A stretch of DNA of 10,891 nucleotides from Kofleriaceae bacterium. Its GTDB lineage: Bacteria; Myxococcota_A; Polyangia; Haliangiales; Haliangiaceae. The position numbers and the translations under genes are program-made. Below, piece after piece: positions 1 through 7,833 of the stretch. The notes under the pieces are model-generated. The model saw only the letters and a list, made by a program, of their open reading frames with translations. It did no database searches and was not told where the DNA came from. Position 1 is the stretch's first letter. Every line of letters starts with the position of its first letter. The stretch spans positions 1 through 10,891 of the forward strand of contig JBKJLC010000256.1 in NCBI GenBank assembly GCA_046597055.1, written 5' to 3'.

Positions 1-1420
1 GGCAAGCAGACCGACCTCAACTTCCACCTCAACGCCCAGATCAACGGCATCCCGGCCGCGGGCATCACCAACATCAAGGCCCACCTCGACGCGGACTACA
101 AGAGCGGGGAGGGCATCTCCGGCGAGCTCGCGGTCACCGAGGCCAAGGTCGGCGACGTCAACGTCGACGGCAAGATCACGGTCGCCAAGAACAAGTTCTC
201 GACCGGTCAGGTCCACATCAAGGCCGCGTTCCCGGCGCTGACCATCGAGGGCAACGGCACGGTCGCCGCGGGCGAACTGAACGACCTGACGACCACCGCC
301 GATCTCAAGGTCACCCCGGGCGGTGGCTCGGCGCTCGCGAGCTTCGTCGAGTCGGGCAACATCCACGTCGAGCTGAAGAAGTGGAAGCTCGCGAGCGCGC
401 TCGGCCAGCTCCACCTCAAGCCGCCGTCGTTCCTGCCGATCGAGAAGCCGCTCATCGAGATCGGCTACACGCCCGAGACCGGCATCTCCGCCAAGCTCGA
501 GACGCAGTTCAACGCGCCCATGGCGAAGAACGGCGAGAAGGGGACGTTCGTCGCCAGCTACCAGCGCGAGCGAGGTCTGTACGCGCACATCGAGTTCCCG
601 CTCACCGTGCCCGGCTTCCAGCCGACGAAGTTCACGGGCGATCTCGACGCGCAGGGCATCCGCGCGGGCGTCACCTTGATTCCCAAGGACGCCAAGATCA
701 TCAAACAAGCCAAGGTCGAGATTGGCTACGACTTCAAGACCGGCCTGTTCATCCAGGGTTCGCTGACGCTCACGCCCACCGAGAGCCTCGAGCTCGAGGT
801 CGGCGTCCGCTACGACGGGACCGGGCTCCAGGTCATGGGGATCGACTCCAAGGACAAGGACGCCACCAGCGAAGAGCACGAGGTCGCCAACTGGAAGAAG
901 AAGTTCCCGACGATCCCGCTGGCCACGGTCGGCGTCGCCTCGCTCGGGCTCCGGTTCTCGCTCGGCGTCGCCGCGGGCTACCGGATGCCGAAGGTCAAGT
1001 TCAAGAACCCGAAGCTCGAGGGCGGGCTCGATGCGCTCGAGAAGGGCGGCATGCCGGCCTTCACGTTCGGCGGCTCGGTCGCGATGGGCGCCTACCTCTC
1101 GCTCGCGCTCTCGGTCGAGGTGGTCGGCGAGATCCAGCTGCTGATCGCGACCTGCTCGGCCGGCATCGGCGCCGAGATCATGGCGCGGCTCAACCTCGAG
1201 CTGGGCGCCGACGTCGACGGCCGGTTCGCGCCCGGCGAGGGCGCGACCTTGAAGATCGACCCGTTCGTCGGCGCGTCGCTCGACCTCATCGCGTCGCTGA
1301 TCGCCACCCTCTACGCCGAGGTCTGCTGGTACACGCTGGTCGACAAGAAGTGGACGATGGCGTCCGCGAACTTCGCGCACATCGATCTGCCGTCGTTCCG
1401 CCCGTTCAAGCCGCTCGGCA
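1..1420 (+). other. Beta-strand-rich region with degenerate Y-x(3-4)-G-[IL] hairpin repeats
   Basis: Recurring units ADYKSGEGISGEL, IEIGYTPETGISAKL, ASYQRERGLYAHI, EIGYDFKTGLFIQGSL and VGVRYDGTGLQV, followed by long alternating hydrophobic/small-residue strands (SLGLRFSLGVAAGY, ARLNLELGADVDG). Confidence 0.6.
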
Positions 1421-4400
1421 TGCAGTTCGGTGGTCCCGGCGGGACCCGCCTCACGCAGGGCCTCGAGCTGCGCGACGACGCGTTCGATCAGATCACCGAG
1501 GGTGTGAAGGAGGGTGGCAAGCACGCGGGCGACGAGGAAGCCAACCGCGATGCGAAGGAGAAAGTCACGCCGGTCCTCCAGGCGTTCAAGGCGGCGGCGC
1601 CGCAGTTCGCGGAGCTCCCCGAGGGCTGGCAGAACGGCATGACCGCGGCGCCGGTCCACTTCAGCGCGATGTTCCCCGTCGGCGAGAAGGAGTGGGACTA
1701 CTACCAGGACAACGCCGATACGGCGGAGACCATCGCGCCCGCCCTTGCCATGACCAGCCCGACCGAGCGCCTGGCCAAGGCGGTCGCGATCACGGCGCGC
1801 CGCGATCCGTTCGGCGCGGGCCGGCTCATCCTCGCGTGGCGGCGCGCGCAGATCGCGGCGCAGGGCTACAACCCCGACACCGGCGTCAACGTCGTCGAGG
1901 AGCGCGAGATCGTCCAGGCCCAGATCCAGGCCAAGTACGAGCTCGACCTCGCGGCCGCCAGCGAGAAGCAGGCGCTCCAGGACGCGACCCACACCGGCCA
2001 GGTCACCAAGCAGGGCTCCGACTTCGACAAGGCCTCGGGCGAGCACACCCAGTCGGCGCAGAAGAAGCAGGCCGCGCACGAGGCGAACGTCGACAAGGCG
2101 AAGGCCCAGTTCACCGAGGCGCAGGCGCAGAAGACCACCGCGGCGAAGCAGGCGCAGCAAGAGGGCGCCCCGGTGCCGCCGGCCAAGGTCGAGGCGGCGC
2201 CGCCGCCGCCAGCGCCGGCCGCCCCCGCGGCCCCGAAGCCGCTCGTGAAGCCCGCGCCGATCCCGGCGCCGGCGCCCGTGCCGCTGCCGCCGCCGATGGA
2301 GAACTTGCCGGCGGTGACGCTGCCGGCGCTGCCGTCGGACCCGGGCGTGAGCCCGTCTGCGTCGATGGCGATCGCGCCGCAGAAGAAGCCGGCGAAGGTG
2401 GAGAGCCCGGGGGCGAAGGAAGCCCCGAAGGGCGGCGCGCCCGATCCGACGCCGGGCGCCACCTCCAAAGCGAGCCAGGCCGCCGGCGGTGGCGGCGGTA
2501 CGCCGGCCAAGGGCGGCACCAGCGGTGGCGGCGCGCCGAAGGGCGGCGGCACCACGAAGTCGATGCCCGCACCAGGACCGGCGGTGATGGCCGGCCCCGA
2601 AGGCATCATCACGCAGGACAAGACGCTCATCGCCAAGGCCGCCCAGCTGTCGGGCGGAGCGCCGGCCGCGGCCGGCAAGCCGGGTGCGACCGGCGCGGGC
2701 GCCGCGCCGACCGCCGCGCCAGCCGGTGGAGCCCCGGCGGCTGCTGCGGCGCCCGCGGGTGCCGCTCCGGCGGCGGGTGCCGCTCCGGCGGGTGGAGCCC
2801 CGGGTGCCGTCCCGGCGGGTTCCCCCGGTGCCGCCCCTGCGGGTGCAGCCCCGGGTGGCCCAGCGGCTGCGAAGGCCCCGGACGCGCTCGACCCGAGCGT
2901 GCAGAAGGTCGTCGACGCGGGCAAGGCCGAGGGGACCGCCTACGAGAAGCAGCTGGCCGGGCAGTCGGACAAGTACAAGGCCACCGTCACGACCCAGACC
3001 AAGGCCGCCGAGGCCGAGAAGCAGAAGCTCGAGACCGACGCGGCCGCAGCAAAGCAGAAGAAGGAGCAAGATCAGGCCGCCGCTGCCGCCGCGAAGCAGG
3101 AGCAGGAGCAGGCCGCGGCCACCGCCGCTCCGACCCCCGCGCCGACGCCGGCCGCACCGGCGGCTGCTGCCGTGCCACCACCCGCGCTGCCCGCACCGAC
3201 GCCTGCTGCCGTACCGCCGCCGGCACCGGCGGAAGCCGCGCTGCCCGCGCTGGGGGAGCCGGCGCCCGCTGCCGCGCCGCCAGAACCGAAGCCTGTCGAC
3301 AAGGCCGAGAAGGCGCTCCCGTTCACCGCCGGAGGCGAGGCCCACACCCTGTTCCTCGAGGCGACGCCGGCGGTGATCAAGGTCGAGATGGCCTCGGTCA
3401 AGGGCGAGGTTCAAGGCAAGTTCGACGCGATCGATCGACTCGCCGTCGTCATGAGGAAACTGCTGGACGAGACGAATCCGACACTTCGCGTGGAGCTCGA
3501 CGCGGACCTGATGCCGACCATCAATGGAATGAAGACGGACGCGCTCCAGGGCCACCTCGAGGCGGTCAAGGGCAAGGCGAAGAAGCATCCCGACGCGGTC
3601 GCGGCGCTGGCTGCCGCCGAGGCGGATGCACGGGCGCTGATCGGAGAGATCCAGGGGTGGTGCGCCGGGCGCGGCGTCACGACGCTGGACGTCGCGGAGA
3701 TCGAGGCAGAACTCGAGCGTCGTGCCGACACCCAGGCCGCAGCGGTTCTCCGCGCGAAGCAGGCGGAGGTCCAGGCCAAGTTCGAGGCGATGGCGGGCAG
3801 GCTCGGTGGAATCGACGCGACGGCTCGTCTCAAGTACCGCGGTAGTCTCGCGAAGGGACGGAAGCATCGCGGCAAGGGCTTCGCCCCATTCGATCCGGAG
3901 GCCTTCGACATCGACTTGTTCGTCGTCAGCGACTCGCTCTACGAACGGGCCAGAGCCGCGGGCGGGAGACGAATCCAGCCCGGCACGATCTCGGGCAACG
4001 ACTCCAACCTTCCGGAGATCGAGGCGCTGATCGCGGAGACCCGTCAGATCGTCAGGACGATCGTCGGCTTCAAGCCCGAGGAGATCCTCAAAGCCGACAT
4101 CTTCATGCGTACGGAGAAGGCCACCAAGGACCTGTTCAAGCCGGACACGCCCGACGAGAAGCACATACCGATCACGCCGCCCAACCCTGCCAGGCCCGCC
4201 GACGCGGCCGCTCTACCCGCCGTGGCGGCTGCCCCAGCGGCAGCCGTCGCGCCGCCCGCGGCCGCACAGGAGCCCGCGCCCGCACACGACCCGAACGCGC
4301 CCGCGCTGACCGACGACGCAGCCTCGGAGGAGGTCCCGGAGAAGCCGATCATCAAGACGCAGTTCATCGCGCCGATGATCGCGCTGATCGCGCGTATGCT

Positions 4401-5262
4401 TGGTACGAAACCGTCGCAGCCCGACGATCCGAAGGCTGCCGGACCACAGCAAACTCAGCCCACCAGCAACGACGCCAGTGCTCCGGACCCGGTAAAGGCG
4501 GAGGCCACCGGCCTCGCCAGCCGAGTCGCAATGGGGCCGTTCGTAGCGGCCGCCATGGACGTTACTGCGCGCTGGGCGGAACTCGGGAATGCTGATGTTC
4601 GCGGCAAGGAGTTGATCGCCGCGGCCAACGCTCAGCTTCTCGCGATCGGCGTCCCAGCATGCGCCCCGGAGGTCTGCGACCTTCCTCCGAAAGTCTGGGG
4701 ACGCTTCGACTGGGAGCCCTGGGAACTCGAGATGAACAAGGAGGGGCTCTCGAAAGACGCCATCAATCAGGCCGAGGCCGCACAACTGGCATCTATCGTT
4801 TATCACGAGGCTCGCCACGCCGAGCAACTGTTCAACATCGCGCGGCTGATGGCGGGCAAGAACAAGACGCCGGCGGAGATCCACGCAGCGACCCAGATCA
4901 AGGAGCAAGTGATCGAGCAGGCATGTGCGCGCCCGATAGGGACGGACGATCCGCGTGCAGCGGCTGCCGAGTCGCACCTGGCAAGCATCTTCGTCGGGCC
5001 CAAGGCGGTGGCGCGCGAGAAGCTGCTGACCGAACTCCATGCCGCGGCCACAAATCTTGCCGCGGTTAAACAAAGGCACACGCACATCTTCCAGACGGGG
5101 GACCGTGAAGCGAAGATCGCGGCGAACGCGGAGCTCACGGCAGCGACGCGGCTCGTGAACATCCTTACCGGTCGCTACAAGGAACTCCCCGAGGAGGCCG
5201 ATGCATGGGCTGTGCATGCCGAGATCGAGGCGCTGTTCAACCAGGTGGTGGCTAGCCAGTGA
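1..5262 (+). CDS. Giant polymorphic-toxin-like protein, 5'-partial; beta-rich body, Pro/Ala linkers, tandem C-terminal NTase-like and HExxH peptidase domains
   Basis: Frame +1 is stop-free from base 1 (GKQTDLNFHLNAQINGI...) through the 520 ATG to TGA 5260-5262, so the true start is upstream of the window. The 5' part has a strong G/C third-position codon bias. The architecture ends in enzyme-like domains and its stop overlaps the next gene. Confidence 0.9.
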   Translation, partial: GKQTDLNFHLNAQINGIPAAGITNIKAHLDADYKSGEGISGELAVTEAKVGDVNVDGKITVAKNKFSTGQVHIKAAFPALTIEGNGTVAAGELNDLTTTADLKVTPGGGSALASFVESGNIHVELKKWKLASALGQLHLKPPSFLPIEKPLIEIGYTPETGISAKLETQFNAPMAKNGEKGTFVASYQRERGLYAHIEFPLTVPGFQPTKFTGDLDAQGIRAGVTLIPKDAKIIKQAKVEIGYDFKTGLFIQGSLTLTPTESLELEVGVRYDGTGLQVMGIDSKDKDATSEEHEVANWKKKFPTIPLATVGVASLGLRFSLGVAAGYRMPKVKFKNPKLEGGLDALEKGGMPAFTFGGSVAMGAYLSLALSVEVVGEIQLLIATCSAGIGAEIMARLNLELGADVDGRFAPGEGATLKIDPFVGASLDLIASLIATLYAEVCWYTLVDKKWTMASANFAHIDLPSFRPFKPLGMQFGGPGGTRLTQGLELRDDAFDQITEGVKEGGKHAGDEEANRDAKEKVTPVLQAFKAAAPQFAELPEGWQNGMTAAPVHFSAMFPVGEKEWDYYQDNADTAETIAPALAMTSPTERLAKAVAITARRDPFGAGRLILAWRRAQIAAQGYNPDTGVNVVEEREIVQAQIQAKYELDLAAASEKQALQDATHTGQVTKQGSDFDKASGEHTQSAQKKQAAHEANVDKAKAQFTEAQAQKTTAAKQAQQEGAPVPPAKVEAAPPPPAPAAPAAPKPLVKPAPIPAPAPVPLPPPMENLPAVTLPALPSDPGVSPSASMAIAPQKKPAKVESPGAKEAPKGGAPDPTPGATSKASQAAGGGGGTPAKGGTSGGGAPKGGGTTKSMPAPGPAVMAGPEGIITQDKTLIAKAAQLSGGAPAAAGKPGATGAGAAPTAAPAGGAPAAAAAPAGAAPAAGAAPAGGAPGAVPAGSPGAAPAGAAPGGPAAAKAPDALDPSVQKVVDAGKAEGTAYEKQLAGQSDKYKATVTTQTKAAEAEKQKLETDAAAAKQKKEQDQAAAAAAKQEQEQAAATAAPTPAPTPAAPAAAAVPPPALPAPTPAAVPPPAPAEAALPALGEPAPAAAPPEPKPVDKAEKALPFTAGGEAHTLFLEATPAVIKVEMASVKGEVQGKFDAIDRLAVVMRKLLDETNPTLRVELDADLMPTINGMKTDALQGHLEAVKGKAKKHPDAVAALAAAEADARALIGEIQGWCAGRGVTTLDVAEIEAELERRADTQAAAVLRAKQAEVQAKFEAMAGRLGGIDATARLKYRGSLAKGRKHRGKGFAPFDPEAFDIDLFVVSDSLYERARAAGGRRIQPGTISGNDSNLPEIEALIAETRQIVRTIVGFKPEEILKADIFMRTEKATKDLFKPDTPDEKHIPITPPNPARPADAAALPAVAAAPAAAVAPPAAAQEPAPAHDPNAPALTDDAASEEVPEKPIIKTQFIAPMIALIARMLGTKPSQPDDPKAAGPQQTQPTSNDASAPDPVKAEATGLASRVAMGPFVAAAMDVTARWAELGNADVRGKELIAAANAQLLAIGVPACAPEVCDLPPKVWGRFDWEPWELEMNKEGLSKDAINQAEAAQLASIVYHEARHAEQLFNIARLMAGKNKTPAEIHAATQIKEQVIEQACARPIGTDDPRAAAAESHLASIFVGPKAVAREKLLTELHAAATNLAAVKQRHTHIFQTGDREAKIAANAELTAATRLVNILTGRYKELPEEADAWAVHAEIEALFNQVVASQ
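2161..3300 (+). repeat. Pro/Ala/Gly low-complexity linker with tandem GAAPA/GGAP and AAVPPPA units, interrupted by a short helical segment
   Basis: Translation shows GAAPAAGAAPAGGAPGAVPAGSPGAAPAGAAPGG (about 2690-2870) and AAVPPPALPAPTPAAVPPPAPA (about 3160-3235), with matching degenerate nucleotide repeats (ggtgccgctccggcg twice). Confidence 0.8.
3760..4180 (+). other. Nucleotidyltransferase-like (Pol-beta superfamily) putative toxin domain within the giant CDS
   Basis: LKYRGSLAKG (GS at 3841-3846), then FDIDLFVVS (D at 3907 and 3913), and a later KADIF (D at 4096). This matches the hG[GS]...DhDh...D catalytic layout of Pol-beta-type NTases. Confidence 0.6.
4540..5262 (+). other. Zinc metallopeptidase-like C-terminal domain (HExxH plus distal Glu)
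   Basis: LASIVYHEARHAEQ (HEARH at 4804-4818) with downstream YKELPEEADAW (Glu at 5191-5196) as a candidate third ligand, a gluzincin-like arrangement. Confidence 0.75.
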
Positions 5263-6593
5263 CGAAAGAGTTACGAACGCTGTGCGAGCGTCTATCGCAG
5301 GGGCTCGATCGAGATCCGCACGAGCTCGCGCTGCGGCTAGGGACCGTCGACCACCGGGGATCCGACGGGTGGATCAGGGTCGCACCGTCGGGTGCGACGT
5401 TCTCGGCCGCAAACATCTGGGCGAGTCCCGACTCTGGAACGACGACGACGGTCAACCTCGTTCCCGGCGTACCCCTGACGCTCGAAAACGTGAGAACCAC
5501 CCTCGGCCCGTATTCCGAATCCCCGCGCCTCCATCCGCACGATCCGCGCAAAGCCGTGTTCTCGCCATGGCCCCTTGGCTCGCATCCGTTCTTCATCGCG
5601 GTAATAGCCTACGTCTCTGCGGATGAGCTCCTGGAGGATTCGGCGGCCGTTCAGAGGCTAACGATTACCTGCTCACCCACGCCCGCCGCCGACATTGCAA
5701 GGCCGCAAAAATCCGCCAACGAGCCACCGGCGGCTCCGGTGTGGCCGCCTTTTCTAGCGGGCCGCGTGAGCTTCGAGCTCGGGTCGTGGCGTCAAGATTC
5801 GCTATCGGACGTGCGGAGCGAACTCGAGCGCGTTCTTGGCGTCAAGTTCAAGCCGAGTCACGAGAAAGTCTATGACGGTGAGCCTGCCTTCGAATGCGAG
5901 CTACCAGCGTGCGAGCTACGCCTGAACGCCTGGCCGGCGGTCGAACCCAGGCTCACGTACTTCAACTTCATCGCCCTGTCTCCCCGCGGTCAGGCTCCCC
6001 CTCGCCCGCCGGCGGAGGACGTCGGCGAGGCGCTTGCTGCGTATCTGAGGAACGCCGGGTGCGACTGGTACGTTCCGGACCTCATGGAGGGCTACGAAAG
6101 CGACGGCTTGCTCGGCGCTCGCATCCTCGAACCGGACGTCGTCGTGTCCGTGCTCGCACCGCGATGGCTCGCCTGGACCGATGCCGAGCAGAACGAGCAA
6201 GGTCGGGCCCTCCTCGGGCAGATCGCGGAGCTGTGGGTTACCGCTGCGCGGCGTACGGCCGATCCCGTCGCTGACGTCGCGCGCCGCCGCGTCGAACTCG
6301 AGGAGTGGGGCCTGAACGTCCCGCCCCGCTCGCGCCTACGCATCCTCATCACGTATGCCATCCAGGAGCAGCTTTCGTCGATCCATGAGCAGCTGTTCGA
6401 GCTGAGCTTGATGAACGACGGCGAGCGCGAGCTAGAACAAGATCTCGAAGCCCGGCTGGCAGAGTGGCGGCAGGCGCTAGACGCGCTCGCGGAGCCAGTG
6501 CGCCAGACCGGCAACGACGTGATGCGCGAGCAACTCACCGAACTTTGCGCCGAGCTCGACAAGTTGGGGCGCTCTACCAGGAGAGGTGGATAG
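5259..6593 (+). CDS. Hypothetical protein, putative multi-module immunity protein (444 aa)
   Basis: GTG start overlaps the toxin TGA (GTGA at 5259-5262). Globular-looking sequence with a Pro/Ala linker (PTPAADIARPQKSANEPPAAP) between modules and weaker GC3 bias. The immunity role is inferred from position only. Confidence 0.75.
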   Translation: MTKELRTLCERLSQGLDRDPHELALRLGTVDHRGSDGWIRVAPSGATFSAANIWASPDSGTTTTVNLVPGVPLTLENVRTTLGPYSESPRLHPHDPRKAVFSPWPLGSHPFFIAVIAYVSADELLEDSAAVQRLTITCSPTPAADIARPQKSANEPPAAPVWPPFLAGRVSFELGSWRQDSLSDVRSELERVLGVKFKPSHEKVYDGEPAFECELPACELRLNAWPAVEPRLTYFNFIALSPRGQAPPRPPAEDVGEALAAYLRNAGCDWYVPDLMEGYESDGLLGARILEPDVVVSVLAPRWLAWTDAEQNEQGRALLGQIAELWVTAARRTADPVADVARRRVELEEWGLNVPPRSRLRILITYAIQEQLSSIHEQLFELSLMNDGERELEQDLEARLAEWRQALDALAEPVRQTGNDVMREQLTELCAELDKLGRSTRRGG

Positions 6594-6629
6594 GCCAACT
6601 GCGTGGCGGAGGCGCGCGTTTTGATGGGC

Positions 6630-6869
6630 ATCGGGCCTCGAGCCACGGGCATAGCGGTCGTGGCAGAGCTCGGCGAAGCGTACGAACAAGGCGACGATGC
6701 GGGTCGCCCCGGGGGGGGAGCGGGGCACGGCCGCCTCCTGCTTGCTGGCGAGGTCGGGCGTGATGACCGTGGACGGCGGGTCGTGGCAGCGGCGGCCGAT
6801 GATGTTGCTGTGGCAGAAGATGTCGGCGGCGCGTGAGTCATTGGCAAGCAGGTTGCTTCACACTTCGTC
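6630..6869 (-). pseudogene. istB: Degenerate C-terminal fragment of IS21-family helper ATPase IstB
   Basis: Minus frame reads DEV*SNLLANDSRAADIFCHSNIIGRRCHDPPSTVITPDLASKQEAAVPRSPPGATRIVALFVRFAELCH. This follows the IstB pattern after Walker B as recalled (DE.GY...AAD.L..II.RR.E..STIITTNL..KQW..FPGA....AL.DR...HCH). It has an in-frame stop and no start. Confidence 0.6.
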
Positions 6870-6887
6870 ACAGGGTGTGGCTAGGCC

Positions 6888-7490
6888 ATGGCGCTCTACG
6901 AATATTCGATCTTTCTCGTCCGCGAGCAGGGGCGCGGGCCGCTGCTGGCGGACCTCGAGCGCGCCGGACTCGTCGGCGGCGGCGTGATGCTCGATGTTCC
7001 GTGCGAGGCGGATGAGTGGCGGAACGAGTTGCACGCGACCTGCCCACTGTCGGTCGTGGAGCTCACGCTGCTCCGTTCTCAGTTCGACGCGCTGCTGTCC
7101 GAGCGGTCCGGCGCATTCATCGAGTGGCTGTGGTGTACCGTCTCCGCGGTTGGCATCGCATACGCATACATTCCGGGCGGCGGTGACATTCCGTACTACG
7201 AACAGGGCCGTCGCACCGACGCAGTGACCGTGGAGCAACTCGGGGAGCTCGTCGAGACCGGGGCAGTTCGCGTGTTGCATCCGCTGATGCTCTTCGCGGC
7301 GCGCACCGGCGCGTGCGACTGGGCGTCCGCGACGAAATCCATGCTCGTCGAGACGCGGGCCGGGCTGGGGTGTCTGCTGATACTCGGCCAGCGTGACCCG
7401 AAGAACGCTTCGCTGGATATCTTCGAGCCGGCCACGTTATACGAGCGGGTACGCGATGAGCTGCAGCAACTCCAGGGGCGAACGCCTTGA
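6888..7490 (+). CDS. Hypothetical protein, putative orphan immunity protein (200 aa)
   Basis: ATG at 6888, protein-like composition, and a stop that overlaps the next gene's TTG (TTGA at 7487-7490). Same strand as the toxin cluster. No family recognised. Confidence 0.75.
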   Translation: MALYEYSIFLVREQGRGPLLADLERAGLVGGGVMLDVPCEADEWRNELHATCPLSVVELTLLRSQFDALLSERSGAFIEWLWCTVSAVGIAYAYIPGGGDIPYYEQGRRTDAVTVEQLGELVETGAVRVLHPLMLFAARTGACDWASATKSMLVETRAGLGCLLILGQRDPKNASLDIFEPATLYERVRDELQQLQGRTP

Positions 7491-7731
7491 TCGCCGACCG
7501 CGCGCAACCGGCCCCCATGACACCGGCCGGCCGTAGGCTCGCCGCCATGCGGGGGCACATCGAGGCATCGCGCGCGAACCCGCTCACGCTTGTTCCCGCG
7601 GCGCGTTCCTTGTACGAGGCGGGCAAGACCCGCAGCGAAGTGCTCACCGCAATCTATGGAGTCGACCTGCCGGCTGAGGCCGAGTTGATCGAACGTTACT
7701 TCGTCGTTGGCGGAGCCCCGCTCCGAGTGCT

Positions 7732-7740
7732 GTGGGATGC
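7732..7740 (+). repeat. Target site duplication, left copy (GTGGGATGC)
   Basis: Identical 9-mer at 9017-9025, immediately outside the other IR. Confidence 0.95.
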
Positions 7741-7755
7741 CTGATGGATCCCCTC

Positions 7756-7833
7756 GTTTCGGCGGCGTAAGTCGTCGAAACCGCTCCGGATAATCGCGGG
7801 AATTTCGGCCAGCACGAGGTGGTTTCCGACGGC
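7756..7833 (+). promoter_or_regulatory. Alternative RNA hairpins over the transposase leader/RBS
   Basis: 7756-7766 pairs with 7771-7781 (11 bp, two G-U, GTAA tetraloop). Alternatively 7771-7786 pairs with 7816-7833, covering the GAGGTGG RBS. GATAAT at 7789-7794 is a possible -10. Confidence 0.45.

Noticed and set aside
520..522. ATG at 520 as the start of the giant gene
   Set aside because: The frame is open and equally codon-biased from base 1, so this is an internal Met.
381..3845. 1154-aa Arg-rich ORF on the plus strand
   Set aside because: Off-frame shadow of the high-GC3 giant gene. The composition (R/G/A-rich) is typical of an alternate frame.
1866..5217. Minus-strand ORFs (1866-2924, 3072-3401, 3411-3911, 4213-5217 and others)
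   Set aside because: Antisense shadows of the giant CDS, low-complexity and with no recognisable motifs.
6711..6718. G8 homopolymer as a phase-variation tract
   Set aside because: It lies within the IS remnant, and I found no frameshift here that restores a credible gene.
6603..6836. 77-aa plus-strand ORF (and 6697-6987)
   Set aside because: Better explained as the antisense of the decayed istB fragment. No convincing RBS or motif.
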